Assembly: GCA_008080735.1 (NCBI GenBank)
Contig: SHMW01000004.1
Span: 51,169 to 115,168 of the forward strand
Reading direction: 5' to 3'
Length of the DNA: 64,000 nt
DNA from: Promethearchaeota archaeon
Lineage (GTDB): Archaea; Asgardarchaeota; Lokiarchaeia; Sigyniarchaeales; SOKP01
The position numbers and the translations under genes are program-made. Position 1 is the first letter of the stretch, and each line of letters begins with the position of its first letter. This document shows, piece after piece, positions 39,185-50,376 of this stretch. Under the pieces are notes generated by a model that was not told the DNA's origin, made no database searches, and saw only the letters and a list, made by a program, of their open reading frames with translations.

Positions 39185-40417
39185 ATGAGCAAATTAGAAA
39201 ATCTAAAAAAGCAATGGGAAGCCATAATGTCCTGTATGGGTTGCGGAGATTGCGGATACGCCATCCGACCTGCGGTGGGGCGATTTCTCACCTGCCCCGT
39301 GAAAGAAGCAAAAGGTGATGAAGCCTTTGAAATCTGGTTCTCTCGGGGGCGCATGAACGTACTTAAGAGTATTTTGGAGGGGAAAATCCCATTGAGTAAA
39401 GATTTAGCGGAGTTTGTATATCAATGCTCTGAATGTGGAAATTGTACGGAAGTATGTCATCAGACGCAGAATGAACATATAGTGTTAAATACTTCAAAGT
39501 GGATTGATCATGTAGAAGTATGGAATGCGTTGCGCGAAGATCTTGTTGAGGCGGGTTTTGCTCCTTTAGAGAGACATCAAGTATTGATTGAATACATGAA
39601 TAATCCAGAAATGAGAAACCCATATGGAGAAGTAAAAATTGATAAAACGAAATGGGCCTCAGAATTTTCAAATATTAAAGAAAATGCGGATCTTGTGTTT
39701 TTTACTGGATGCACTATGCCTTTAAGACAAGTCAACACACTTAGAAGTTTAATGAAAATTTTGGAAGCCGCTAAAACGGACATAACATTATTAGATGAAG
39801 AATGGTGTTGTGGTTCCATAGCTCTTCGAATTGGGGATAAAAAGGCTGTAATGGATTCAATTTACCACAATATCGATCAAATTAAGAATATAGGTGGAAA
39901 AGAAATATTTACGGCGTGTGCAGGCTGTTATCGAACGTTGAATAAGGATTATCCGGAACTTTTGGGCGAAGAATTACCGTTTAGAGTAAAACATATTACA
40001 GAAATTTTAATAGACTTAATAAATAAGGACCAAATTCCCTTTAATCAAGGATCTAATCCTCAAAAGATAACATATCATGATCCGTGCCATTTAGGAAGAC
40101 ATATGGATTTATATGAGATTCCAAGAGAAGTAATCGCAAAACTTCCAGGAGTCGAATTGGTTGAGATGAAACGTAATAGAAAGAATGCATGGTGTTGTGG
40201 TGCTGGAGGGGGCGTGAAAAGTCAATTTGCGGATTTAGCAATGGAAATTTCTTGGGAACGAATCAAAGAAGCTATTGAAAGTGGCGCAGATATATTAACC
40301 ACTAGTTGTCCGTTTTGTATTGGAAATTTTAAAGATGCATATGAACAAATGGACCCTAAAGAGCAAGAGAAGATCGTCGTAATTGACGTGATTGATCTAA
40401 TCGCTTCAAAAATTTAA
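39185..40417 (+). CDS. Fe-S oxidoreductase with two CCG domains (GlcF/HdrD-like)
   Basis: CMGCGDC, CSECGNCTEVC, WCCG, ACAGC, HDPCHLGR, CCGAGGG, SCPFC. Confidence 0.92.
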   Translation: MSKLENLKKQWEAIMSCMGCGDCGYAIRPAVGRFLTCPVKEAKGDEAFEIWFSRGRMNVLKSILEGKIPLSKDLAEFVYQCSECGNCTEVCHQTQNEHIVLNTSKWIDHVEVWNALREDLVEAGFAPLERHQVLIEYMNNPEMRNPYGEVKIDKTKWASEFSNIKENADLVFFTGCTMPLRQVNTLRSLMKILEAAKTDITLLDEEWCCGSIALRIGDKKAVMDSIYHNIDQIKNIGGKEIFTACAGCYRTLNKDYPELLGEELPFRVKHITEILIDLINKDQIPFNQGSNPQKITYHDPCHLGRHMDLYEIPREVIAKLPGVELVEMKRNRKNAWCCGAGGGVKSQFADLAMEISWERIKEAIESGADILTTSCPFCIGNFKDAYEQMDPKEQEKIVVIDVIDLIASKI

Positions 40418-40597
40418 ACAATCTCTTTCTCTATATTATATTTCTCACTTTTTTCTTTTTATCTTTATTCCGATAAATCAAAAGCCTTAAAATTAAAAGT
40501 AAATAGTAAAATTACTTATATAGAATGATCTTTTTCACAGATCTATCTATATAGACTTATATTTCAAACTTTTATAACTAGAATTGGGAAGATATAT

Positions 40598-42253
40598 ATG
40601 AATAATACGGAAGAAAATTTAGATTTGAAAGAATTCAAAAATCACTATGAAGAGATTTTTGATAAAATGAGAAGTGGAGTGGCAATTTATAAACCAATAG
40701 AGAATGGTAAAGATTTTGAATTTGTAAATATCAACCAAGCTGCTGAAGAAATAGATAATATAGAAAAACAACAAGTTATAGGACGAAAATTAACTGATGT
40801 TTTTCCGGGGGTAATAGATTTTGGACTCTTGGATGTACTTCAAAATGTTTGGATCTCGGGGGAACCAGAGCGACATCCGATTTCAAAATATAAAGACAAT
40901 CGTATTGAAGGATGGAGAGATAATTATGTGTACAAATTATCTTCAGGTGAAATTATTGCGATTTATGATGATGTTTCCGAGTTAAAATTAAAAGAAAAAC
41001 AGCTTAGAAACGCACTGAAAGAATCGGAACGACGGAGAAACCAAATAAGTGCCTTATTAAAGGCAACTAAAGCTGTATTAGAATATAAACATTTCAAAGA
41101 TGCTGCAAAGGCTATTTTTGAAGTATCTAAAGATATAACAGGAGCTCAATCTGGATATGTAGCATTGTTGTCTGAGGATGGAAGTGAGAATGAGGTATTA
41201 TTTCTTGATTCTGGAGGTCTTCCTTGTAGAGTTAATCCCAATCTCCCTATGCCGATACGCGGACTCAGAGCAGAAGCATATAAAAAGGGAAAGCCCATAT
41301 ATGACAATAATTTTATGAAAAGTGATTGGATTAAATATTTACCTGATGGTCATGTAGAATTAAAAAATGTATTATTCGCACCTCTAAATTTAGAAAATAA
41401 AACAATTGGCATAATTGGGCTTGCTAATAAGAAAAATGGTTTCAATGAAAACGACAAAAATTTGAGTGCTGGATTATCTGAATTAGTTGCTATTGCGTTA
41501 AAAAATAGTCAAATGCTTGATTCACTTGAAAATTCCAGACAAGAGTGTTTATATGCTTACAATCAGGCTAATCTCTATAAAGATCTTTTTACGCATGATA
41601 TAAATAATATTTTGCATAATATTAAAACCGCTTCAGATTTACTTTCGAATATAGTAGAGCAGCAACTTGAGAGTAAAAAAGTTCACGAACTTATCGATAT
41701 GATTGACGATCAGATAATAAGAGGCTCCAATCTAATTTCTAATATAAGAAAACTTTCCGATCTTGATATGATAAACGGTAATTTGAATAGAATTTCCCTG
41801 AATAAAGAACTAACTAAAGCTATTAGGTTTGTTAAAGAAAGTTATCCAAATAAAAATATTATAATAAACTATGATTCCCCATCTGAAAATTATCATATAA
41901 AAGGAAATGAATTTTTGGTTGAAGTTTTTGAAAATATTTTGATTAATGCTGTGAAATATAACGAGAAAGATCCTAAAATCCAAATTAGAGTTTCAAGAAT
42001 TGAAGAAAAGGATACCAAATTCACTAAGATCGAATTTATTGATAATGGAATTGGTATTCCAGATGAGATGAAAGAGTCTTTATTCAAATCTCGGATTAAA
42101 AAAGAAAAAGAAAGTAGTGGAATGGGATTGGGATTATTACTTACTAAAAAGATCCTAAAGGTTCATAACGGAAAAATTTGGGTTCAAAATAGAATCATGG
42201 GAGAATATCAGAAAGGCAGTAATTTCGTTGTTTTGTTACCCTTATTAGAGTGA
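40598..42253 (+). CDS. PAS-GAF sensor histidine kinase
   Basis: PAS (FVNINQAAE), GAF (IGIIGLANK), HDINN, NAVKY, DNGIGI, GMGLGL. Confidence 0.92.
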   Translation: MNNTEENLDLKEFKNHYEEIFDKMRSGVAIYKPIENGKDFEFVNINQAAEEIDNIEKQQVIGRKLTDVFPGVIDFGLLDVLQNVWISGEPERHPISKYKDNRIEGWRDNYVYKLSSGEIIAIYDDVSELKLKEKQLRNALKESERRRNQISALLKATKAVLEYKHFKDAAKAIFEVSKDITGAQSGYVALLSEDGSENEVLFLDSGGLPCRVNPNLPMPIRGLRAEAYKKGKPIYDNNFMKSDWIKYLPDGHVELKNVLFAPLNLENKTIGIIGLANKKNGFNENDKNLSAGLSELVAIALKNSQMLDSLENSRQECLYAYNQANLYKDLFTHDINNILHNIKTASDLLSNIVEQQLESKKVHELIDMIDDQIIRGSNLISNIRKLSDLDMINGNLNRISLNKELTKAIRFVKESYPNKNIIINYDSPSENYHIKGNEFLVEVFENILINAVKYNEKDPKIQIRVSRIEEKDTKFTKIEFIDNGIGIPDEMKESLFKSRIKKEKESSGMGLGLLLTKKILKVHNGKIWVQNRIMGEYQKGSNFVVLLPLLE

Positions 42254-42269
42254 ACATATGGATGTGTGA

Positions 42270-43595
42270 TCATTTAAAATTTGGGAGATATTTCTTCTGT
42301 AAATCCATCATCTCATCAAATACTTTCTCAGCAATTTCATAGCTTCCGCAATTCACATCTAGAGCTAAACAATTAATAGCCATCATTTTTGATTCTTCTA
42401 ATATTGCTTCTATGCATAAATCTTGTGTAGCCGCTTCTCTTTTCAATAAAACTCCCAGATCTTTTGGAATCTTTCCAATCTTTACTCCATGAAGACCGTT
42501 TTTATCAACCTTCGCTGAACATTCAATAATAAGATTATTTGGCAAGTTTTCAATGATTCCATCATTAGGGATATTGACCGCATATTCATAAGAATGTTTA
42601 TCCTCAATAATCGCTTCTATAATGGGTATTGCCCTTTCTCCAGAAGGTTCTGGTCTTAGCATTCCTTTTCGGGGATATCTTCCCTTTTTCAAGCGTTTAT
42701 AATATCTTTGTAGACGTGCGTTCGTTCCAAGATTTGCTTGCTCCATCCTTTTGATCCACGCTTTAATATCTTCTATTTTCGTAAATTCAGAGCCAAATTG
42801 GACATATTCACAGAGATGGTTATCTCCAACATAAGGAAAAAACCCAAATCGTTTATAGACTTCGAAAGTAAGTTCCGAATAATGAAATCTGTCCCATCCA
42901 TCTTCAAAATATTCCAGACAGCGATGATTAAAATCGGGCATTAAATTTTCCCCAGTTTTAAAATTTTCTAATCCAAATAAAAAAGCAAAATGATTAAGCC
43001 CCCCAACTATTAACCTTAGTTCTTCCAATTCCCTATTAAGCATTTTAGGTAAATGTTCATTTGTTAAAAGCTCTATTTGGTGGCACAATCCAAACATTTT
43101 TATATCAGGATACACCCGTTTTATAGCTAAACATATTCTCGAAAGAGGATTTGAATAATTAATGAAATATGCGTTAGGACAAATTCGATCTACATCCGCA
43201 ACGATTTTTAATACCTCTGGAATTTGTCGCGCACTATGAAAAAATCCGCCTGGACCTCCATTTTCTCCCATCATTTCCGTAGTACCATATTTTCTTGGGA
43301 TTGTATTATCTTGCCATCTTAGTTTAAATCTATCTCCATGTTCAATCGAACAAATAACAAAATCAGCATCTTCTAATGCCTCTTCGCGATTCAAAGTCTT
43401 CTTAATGGTAAATATTCCACCCGTTCTTTCATTCTCTTTTGAGATTACCTCATAAACCATATTCAGTTTAGGTTTATCAACATCGTGTAGTATTATATTC
43501 GATCCATGCAAACCTTCACTTAAATATAGGTCTGTAAAAGTAGGAGGCCCAAAGGCCGCACTCCCTGCCCCGACCAAAACAATATTTAACTCCAT
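42270..43595 (-). CDS. Glycoside hydrolase family 4 (alpha-galactosidase/glucosidase-like)
   Basis: VGAGSAAF, GENGGPGG, NYSNP, GLCH, GLNH. Confidence 0.9.
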   Translation of the reverse strand: MELNIVLVGAGSAAFGPPTFTDLYLSEGLHGSNIILHDVDKPKLNMVYEVISKENERTGGIFTIKKTLNREEALEDADFVICSIEHGDRFKLRWQDNTIPRKYGTTEMMGENGGPGGFFHSARQIPEVLKIVADVDRICPNAYFINYSNPLSRICLAIKRVYPDIKMFGLCHQIELLTNEHLPKMLNRELEELRLIVGGLNHFAFLFGLENFKTGENLMPDFNHRCLEYFEDGWDRFHYSELTFEVYKRFGFFPYVGDNHLCEYVQFGSEFTKIEDIKAWIKRMEQANLGTNARLQRYYKRLKKGRYPRKGMLRPEPSGERAIPIIEAIIEDKHSYEYAVNIPNDGIIENLPNNLIIECSAKVDKNGLHGVKIGKIPKDLGVLLKREAATQDLCIEAILEESKMMAINCLALDVNCGSYEIAEKVFDEMMDLQKKYLPNFK

Positions 43596-43773
43596 TTTCT
43601 CCTATATAAAAAATTATATTTTCTTTTCTAATCAAAAGAAATCATGTATTCAATAAAAAACCTTTAAAATGAAGATATGCACTAGTGAATTGAAATATGA
43701 ATTAGTTTTTGATAATTTTTATATTCTTATACACTATTGTATAAATGAACGAGAATTTTTGGGGATACTACAC

Positions 43774-45648
43774 ATGTCGAATCTACAGAATAAGGAAATG
43801 CATTTTTTCAACGAAATTTCAGACGCGATAATTATAACTGATATAGATTATAATATAAATGCATGGAATAGGGCAGCTGAAGAAATATATGGATGGAAAG
43901 CTGAAGAAATTATTGGGAAAAACATAATGGATACTATTAAAATTGAATATCAAAATCAAAATCCCAAAGATGTTATTTCCGAGTTTGAAAAGGAAGGTAG
44001 TTGGAAAGGTGAGGTTTTACAATATACCAAAAAGGGAGACCCTATTCACATATATTCATCTGTCTCACTCATTCACGACTCCTCTGGTATCCCAAAAAAT
44101 ATATTGGCTATTAATGAGGATTTAACCAAAACTAAAGCGATAGAAAAAAAATTAAGAATCTCTGAAAGAAAATATGGTCTAATTGTTGAAAATGCTTTAG
44201 AAGGGATTTGGATGATAGATGAAGATGATCGCACTAATTTTGTGAATGAACGGATGGCTCAAATGCTAGGATATTCTAGAGAGGAGATGGTGGGCAAGCA
44301 TCTTTTAGATTTTTGTGATAATCAATATTCGCAGATTGCCAAAAAGAATATTAATCGCAGAAAGCAAGGGATTGAGGAAGAACATGTATTTCAATTTACA
44401 AAGAAAAACGGAGAAAAGATCTATACAAATCTAAACGCATCTCCGATCTTTACTGATGAAGGAAAATATATTGGATCAGTCGCATTCATTACGGATATTA
44501 CGGAGAAAAGAGAAGCAGAGAGAATGTTAAAAGAATCCGAAGAAAAGTTTAGGACTATGTCGGAACAATCTCTTATTGGACTGCAGATTGTTCAAGATGG
44601 AAAACTCAAATATATAAATAGTAAGGCAGCGAAATTTACGGGATTTACACCAAAAGAAATAGAGGAGATGAATTTTCATGACATCCTTGATCATATTCAT
44701 CCTGAAGATATAAAGAAAGTTCAAAATCGCTTTAAAGAAAGAGTTAAAAATCCACACAAATTAGAGGATCCATTCCAATTTCGTGTATGTAGTAAAAGTG
44801 GAGATATTAAATGGGTTGAAAGTCTTAACAGAAAAATAACATACCAAGGTAAAGAGGCAGATTTAATTTTTCTGGTGGATATAACTGATAAAAAAAACGC
44901 ACAATTAGAACTTAAAAAATCAGAAGAAAAGTATAAAGAGGCATATAATAGAGCTAATTTTTATAAAGATCTCTTTATCCATGACATGAATAACATCCTT
45001 CAAGTAATTAGCAGTTCAACAGAAATTATATCTCATTCATTTGAAGACCGAAAAGAGAACGATGATTTTTCCCATCTGATGAAAATGATTACTAAGCAGG
45101 TAAAAAGAGGGACGGAACTTGTTTCAAAGATCCATCAAATTTCCGAATTAGAAGAAAAAGACCTTGAATTAATAGTGATCGATGCTGTAGAATCTTTAAA
45201 AAAAGTTATAGAATATATTAAGAAAACATATAGGGAAAAGAGCTTAGAAATCACAACTAAAATACGCTTTAAGGATTATTTTGTTCAAGCAAATGAATTA
45301 TTGGAAGAAATATTCCAAAATATTCTTATTAATAGCATAAAATATAACGAAGAAGAAATTATTAAGATCGAGATTAGAGCTTCTGAAGTGAACGATGAAC
45401 AAGATGATGATACATTCTTAAAGTTAGAATTTATTGATAATGGAATTGGCATCGAAGATGAAAGGAAACAACTAATATTTATGAAAGGGCAGCAGTCCGC
45501 GAAAGGGTCCAAGGGTATGGGTCTTGGATTAACCCTAGTCAACCTCCTCATCAATAAATATGGTGGGAAAATCTGGGTAGAGAATAAAATGGAGGGAAAT
45601 TTTCACGCGGGAAGTAATTTTTCTATTTTATTGCCAAAATCGAAATAA
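43774..45648 (+). CDS. Triple-PAS sensor histidine kinase
   Basis: Three PAS/PAC repeats, HDMNN, NSIKY, DNGIGI. ATG 43774 after GGGGA preferred over 43669. Confidence 0.92.
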   Translation: MSNLQNKEMHFFNEISDAIIITDIDYNINAWNRAAEEIYGWKAEEIIGKNIMDTIKIEYQNQNPKDVISEFEKEGSWKGEVLQYTKKGDPIHIYSSVSLIHDSSGIPKNILAINEDLTKTKAIEKKLRISERKYGLIVENALEGIWMIDEDDRTNFVNERMAQMLGYSREEMVGKHLLDFCDNQYSQIAKKNINRRKQGIEEEHVFQFTKKNGEKIYTNLNASPIFTDEGKYIGSVAFITDITEKREAERMLKESEEKFRTMSEQSLIGLQIVQDGKLKYINSKAAKFTGFTPKEIEEMNFHDILDHIHPEDIKKVQNRFKERVKNPHKLEDPFQFRVCSKSGDIKWVESLNRKITYQGKEADLIFLVDITDKKNAQLELKKSEEKYKEAYNRANFYKDLFIHDMNNILQVISSSTEIISHSFEDRKENDDFSHLMKMITKQVKRGTELVSKIHQISELEEKDLELIVIDAVESLKKVIEYIKKTYREKSLEITTKIRFKDYFVQANELLEEIFQNILINSIKYNEEEIIKIEIRASEVNDEQDDDTFLKLEFIDNGIGIEDERKQLIFMKGQQSAKGSKGMGLGLTLVNLLINKYGGKIWVENKMEGNFHAGSNFSILLPKSK

Positions 45649-45781
45649 CTGGGATTTAGATGCCTTTTATTTTATAAACCGAATTTTTAATATCAAATTC
45701 TTTTTCTAATTTATAGATAATATAGAATTAGGGGTATTGATTAGATATATATAAAAAGAATTTATTTCATATTTTACTAAG

Positions 45782-46861
45782 ATGTCATCTAAAAGTAGGA
45801 TTCCAAATCTATACAGGACCTTAGTCAACAGAATCAATGATAACATTGAAGAGCTTACGATGAGTATTTTTGATCGAATCTTCCAAAAACTCCCTGATTT
45901 TAAAAAAAATTATACAAATGAGCAAAAACTCAAGTCATATCAAGATATAAAATATCACTTGGATTATCTTGTCCAAGCTATTCGTTATTCTAAGCCTACA
46001 TTATTTAACGAATATATTCGGTGGGTGAAATCTATTTTACTTTCAAGAAACATTTCTATAGAAAGTTTAATCATTACTTTTGAAATGACAATGGAAGTTT
46101 TAAACGAGAAATTTCCAAAAGAATCAGATCTGATTAATACTTATTTAGATAATGCCATCGATATCATTCAAACTCCAGACGAGACGGATTTTAGTTATAT
46201 ACAAGAATCAAACCCTTTAAAAAAGACAGCTTTAACCTATTTAGATTATATCCTCGATGGAAAAAAATATGAGGCCAATGATCTCATTTTTAAAGCTGTA
46301 TCTGATGGTACAGAGATCAAAGAAATCTATTTAAATGTTTTTCAACCAGTCCAACAAGAGATAGGGCGATTATGGGAAGAAAATAAAATAAGCGTTGCTC
46401 AAGAGCATTATTGTACCGCAGTCACTCAACTTATTATTTCTCGATTATATAGTAATATCTTCGCCACGGAAAGAATTGGCAAGACACTAATTGCCACTTG
46501 TATAGGAGGAGAACTGCATGAATTGGGAATTCGCATGGTTGCCGATTTTTTTGAAATGGAGGGATGGGAAACTTACTATTTAGGTGCAAATACCCCCATC
46601 GAGAGCATTATAAAATATATTATACGTAATAATGCAGATCTTTTAGCTGTTTCGGCGACAATGATGATCCATATCCCAATAGTAGAAGAGATGATACAAC
46701 AAATCCAAAAAACAGACGCGAGAGATGTCAAAATAATGGTTGGGGGGTATCCCTTTAATATTGTTCCAGATCTATGGAAATATATCGGAGCAGATGGATT
46801 TTCTCCAGATGCGGATACAGCCATAAAAACAGCAAGCAAGATATTAGAATCCAATGATTAA
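45782..46861 (+). CDS. Cobalamin-binding sensor protein (helical N-domain plus CarH-type B12-binding domain)
   Basis: W-x9-EH (WEENKISVAQEH), GELHELG, LGANTP, VGGYP. Confidence 0.85.
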   Translation: MSSKSRIPNLYRTLVNRINDNIEELTMSIFDRIFQKLPDFKKNYTNEQKLKSYQDIKYHLDYLVQAIRYSKPTLFNEYIRWVKSILLSRNISIESLIITFEMTMEVLNEKFPKESDLINTYLDNAIDIIQTPDETDFSYIQESNPLKKTALTYLDYILDGKKYEANDLIFKAVSDGTEIKEIYLNVFQPVQQEIGRLWEENKISVAQEHYCTAVTQLIISRLYSNIFATERIGKTLIATCIGGELHELGIRMVADFFEMEGWETYYLGANTPIESIIKYIIRNNADLLAVSATMMIHIPIVEEMIQQIQKTDARDVKIMVGGYPFNIVPDLWKYIGADGFSPDADTAIKTASKILESND

Positions 46862-48461
46862 AATGAACTCAAAAGAAAAAAATCAAGGTATTGCTTTTAT
46901 TTGTAATATTGAGGGAAAAATCCTAAAAATTATCAACGACAATTTAGGGATATTCAACGGATTTTCAAATGAATCCTTAAAAGAAATTCTTGATTCAGAT
47001 GATTATTTGAAATTTCTGGACTTTATTTTGCAAATCCAAGAAACGGGAGCAGAATTTAATTTAGATCTTAAAGTATTCCCGAAGCGAAATAAACTTATTC
47101 AACTTAAGCTTGCGGGGAGTTTGATAAATGATCAAATAATAATTGTTGGTACGTTATCAGATAATTTGACTTATCAAAAGTTCTTTAAGCAGTTAGTAGG
47201 GTTATTAATTGAACAGATTAGCGATTTAAGAACAAGAAATCATAAAGAGAAGATTATGAAGATGCAAGAGGTTTCCACGGAAACTGAATGGTACGAGGAC
47301 CTTACTCACCTAAATAACGAATTGGTAAATTTGCAGAGAGATTTAGCCAAAAAAAATATTCGGCTTGAAAAGCTTATGGAGGAGCAAAAAAGAGCAAATG
47401 CTCAACTGGAGATGTTTGTCGAATCGATTCCCGACGGTATTATTGTCTTAAATAGTAAAGGCAAGATTCTTCTGATCAATTCTGAGGCGGAAGAACTCCT
47501 TTATGAGCTGATTGGTAAAAAATTGAAACCAAATATAGATTTTAGCAAAATAGAAGATAATAATATACTTATTGAAACTATAAATGAGATATTAAAAACT
47601 CAGAAAGAAGATGCGATTACAATTGAGCCTGTTAAAGAAGAAATATGGCTCCAAATTTTTCCTAAATTCGTGACTTTAAGATATGATGAATCTCCTTATG
47701 CCGTAATCATAGAAATCAGAGATATAACCGAATTCGTAAAATTTGAACGATTGAGAACCCAATTTACATCGGTTGTATCCCATGAACTTAAGAATCCCCT
47801 CTCAACCATGAATTTAACCGTCGAATCCTATAACACATTTAAAGAGGATCTTTCCGAGGAAGACAAGGAAGAATTATGGGATAATATCGCAAAAAATACT
47901 AAAGTCTTAAAAGATTTGATTGATGATTTACTTCTATATACGAAATCAAACTTAGGGAAGATAGAACTGGACCTCTCGACTTGTAATATAAACCACTTAA
48001 TTAATAATGTCATTCTTCAATTAAAACCGAAATGGAAAACCAAGAATATAGAGATAGTGCGTCATATTGAGAGTGAACACACAATAATAGCAGATGGTAA
48101 AAGAATTGAGCAGGTGTTTAGAATTTTAGTTGATAATGCGATTAAATATTCTCCAGATTATTCTGAAGTAGTGATTGATATTGAAAGATATACAAAAGAA
48201 AAACATAATGAAAATATTGAAGGATTATTAATAGATATAAAAGATTTTGGCATAGGTATACAAAAGAAAAACATAATGAAAATTTTTGATAAGTTTTATA
48301 GGACTAAATCCGCCCAAAAAGTCGAAGGGAGCGGTTTGGGACTTTCAATTTCAAAGGATTTGATTCAATTACACGGAGGGGACATATCTGTTAAGAGTGA
48401 ATACGGAAAAGGAAGCACTTTTACTATATTTCTCCCTAAAAATGCGACTGAAAAAAGATAA
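46854..48461 (+). CDS. PAS sensor histidine kinase coupled to the B12-binding protein
   Basis: Overlaps the upstream stop; SHELKNPL, DNAIKY, DFGIGI, GSGLGL. Confidence 0.92.
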   Translation: MIKMNSKEKNQGIAFICNIEGKILKIINDNLGIFNGFSNESLKEILDSDDYLKFLDFILQIQETGAEFNLDLKVFPKRNKLIQLKLAGSLINDQIIIVGTLSDNLTYQKFFKQLVGLLIEQISDLRTRNHKEKIMKMQEVSTETEWYEDLTHLNNELVNLQRDLAKKNIRLEKLMEEQKRANAQLEMFVESIPDGIIVLNSKGKILLINSEAEELLYELIGKKLKPNIDFSKIEDNNILIETINEILKTQKEDAITIEPVKEEIWLQIFPKFVTLRYDESPYAVIIEIRDITEFVKFERLRTQFTSVVSHELKNPLSTMNLTVESYNTFKEDLSEEDKEELWDNIAKNTKVLKDLIDDLLLYTKSNLGKIELDLSTCNINHLINNVILQLKPKWKTKNIEIVRHIESEHTIIADGKRIEQVFRILVDNAIKYSPDYSEVVIDIERYTKEKHNENIEGLLIDIKDFGIGIQKKNIMKIFDKFYRTKSAQKVEGSGLGLSISKDLIQLHGGDISVKSEYGKGSTFTIFLPKNATEKR

Positions 48462-48565
48462 TTCATATTATAAAATAATTTCTTTTTAAGGATTATATCT
48501 ATCATTAAATAAATGTAAATCTCATTTTAATAAAAAAAAGAAAATATTGTATTGAGGTTTTTTAA

Positions 48566-48889
48566 TTAACCAAAAGCTCCTATGCCATTGAGGAAATATA
48601 TGAAAATCAAAAGAGTCAATAAAATAATAGCAATCAATGTAATGATTACAACTTTTTTGATTATATTATCATAACCCTCTTCTTTAATTGACATAATAGC
48701 AACGAGCATAAAATTTATCATAATTAAGATTATAGGAATTAAAGTTAAGAGTATTAATATCATAATTGTCTCATCGTCAATGGTTGCATATAAAGTAATA
48801 AAAGAATCAAACAGATAGAAATAAAGATAGAGAGCAATCACATTGATAACTACCATAATCCCAATTTTGTGAATATTTTGTTCACTCAT
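48566..48889 (-). CDS. Small 3-TM membrane protein
   Basis: Three hydrophobic segments; ATG 48889. Confidence 0.55.
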   Translation of the reverse strand: MSEQNIHKIGIMVVINVIALYLYFYLFDSFITLYATIDDETIMILILLTLIPIILIMINFMLVAIMSIKEEGYDNIIKKVVIITLIAIILLTLLIFIYFLNGIGAFG

Positions 48890-49227
48890 CTGAAATATAC
48901 CCAATTATACGATTTTTTCAATCTAAAGTAGGTAGTTTTTCTTATTTCCAATTTTTAATAAAGATTTTGTTTTTTTTCTAATTCATCAATTAATAGGTTG
49001 TCCCATTATTGAATTTAGAATTAAATCAAATATTTGTGTGAGTTTATGTTAATTTTATTGACCAAAATTTTCGATATACTAAACTAAAAAATGATCAACA
49101 ATGATAATCACAAAAAAAGGGAATTTCTCTCTAAAAAAAACCATCATTGCTGCATGATAATTTCTCTTTCGCAACTGAATTTAATAAAACTTTTTTTGAT
49201 TGAATTTTCATGCGATCTTTTTTATTA

Positions 49228-50376
49228 TTAGTAGGCTCCAAATTCTATAATTGCTTTATAGAGAGCAACTACATTTTCTGGTTTTTGATCCAACAACCAA
49301 TTTGTTGGACCTGGGATATATCCTCCATTTTTCCCAAGAGTCTTAATTTTATTTTGAATATCACATCTCACCTCTTCGGGAGTCCCATTAACCAACAACC
49401 CTGTGTCGTCAATCGTTCCAAGTAGGGTAATTTCTGGATATTTTTTCTTATATCTATCTAAGTTGTTAATGGTTGGCTGTAAAGATTCAACTCCATCGAT
49501 CTTGAGCTCTATAAAATCGGGGAAGAGCTCTTCGATAGCCCCACAACAATGCAAAATAACCTTAATTTCTGCATCATGGATCATATTTACATAACGTCTC
49601 AAAATAGGTTTGAAAAACCCTTGCCATTGTTTTAGGGGAAGCTGAAGGCCATCATTATAGCCGATGTCATTTCCGATCATTACAATATCGGGCTTAGTTC
49701 TTAGAAGATATTTCATGTTTTTCTTTTGATAATTTTCCCACATAAAATCTAAATGCTTTTTGATGATTTCTGGTTCTTTACGGGCTAATTTGGCGAATGT
49801 TGATAACCCGATTCCTAATATACAATTTTCGAAAGGGCCACCAAATCCTTGAGCAACGACGATATCGAACTTTTTCATTTTTTTTCGATTTTTTGATAGT
49901 ACTTTGAAGCGATTTTTATCCACTTTGAAATCTTCGGGATGTTCCCAGCACTCTTTGATTTTTTCTTTGGAATTTAGAGCCGGCCCAGTATACCAATAGG
50001 AAGGTGTTCCCTCATCATTTATTATGAACTTAAATATTTGTCCGTTCGCAGTTAGGAGAGTATCGGGATCTTCTCCTTTTTTGGGTTGAATTCCATCAAC
50101 AATTTCCCAGCATAAATCCACTTTTGCATCTAAACCGTTTGGATAAATTGAGGGTGGACTGAACTTCGCTAACAAATATTGTGTATGAAGAAATCTGGGG
50201 CTCAAACCTGCTTTGTCAAAGAAATTTAAATCTTCTTCGGTCAAAGCGTAAGGGGATCGCATAAAAAGATCCATAAACTTAAAATCCGAACCAAGACAAA
50301 GAGTGGGAACGCGATCTGGTACATCTCCATCTAAAACGGTATTGATCCGTTCCAGAGCAGTTAATTCCTCAACCAT
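49228..50376 (-). CDS. UROD/methyltransferase family protein
   Basis: ERINTVLDGDVPDRVP, GPFE, LHCCG, GTID, GGYIPGP. Confidence 0.85.
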   Translation of the reverse strand: MVEELTALERINTVLDGDVPDRVPTLCLGSDFKFMDLFMRSPYALTEEDLNFFDKAGLSPRFLHTQYLLAKFSPPSIYPNGLDAKVDLCWEIVDGIQPKKGEDPDTLLTANGQIFKFIINDEGTPSYWYTGPALNSKEKIKECWEHPEDFKVDKNRFKVLSKNRKKMKKFDIVVAQGFGGPFENCILGIGLSTFAKLARKEPEIIKKHLDFMWENYQKKNMKYLLRTKPDIVMIGNDIGYNDGLQLPLKQWQGFFKPILRRYVNMIHDAEIKVILHCCGAIEELFPDFIELKIDGVESLQPTINNLDRYKKKYPEITLLGTIDDTGLLVNGTPEEVRCDIQNKIKTLGKNGGYIPGPTNWLLDQKPENVVALYKAIIEFGAY

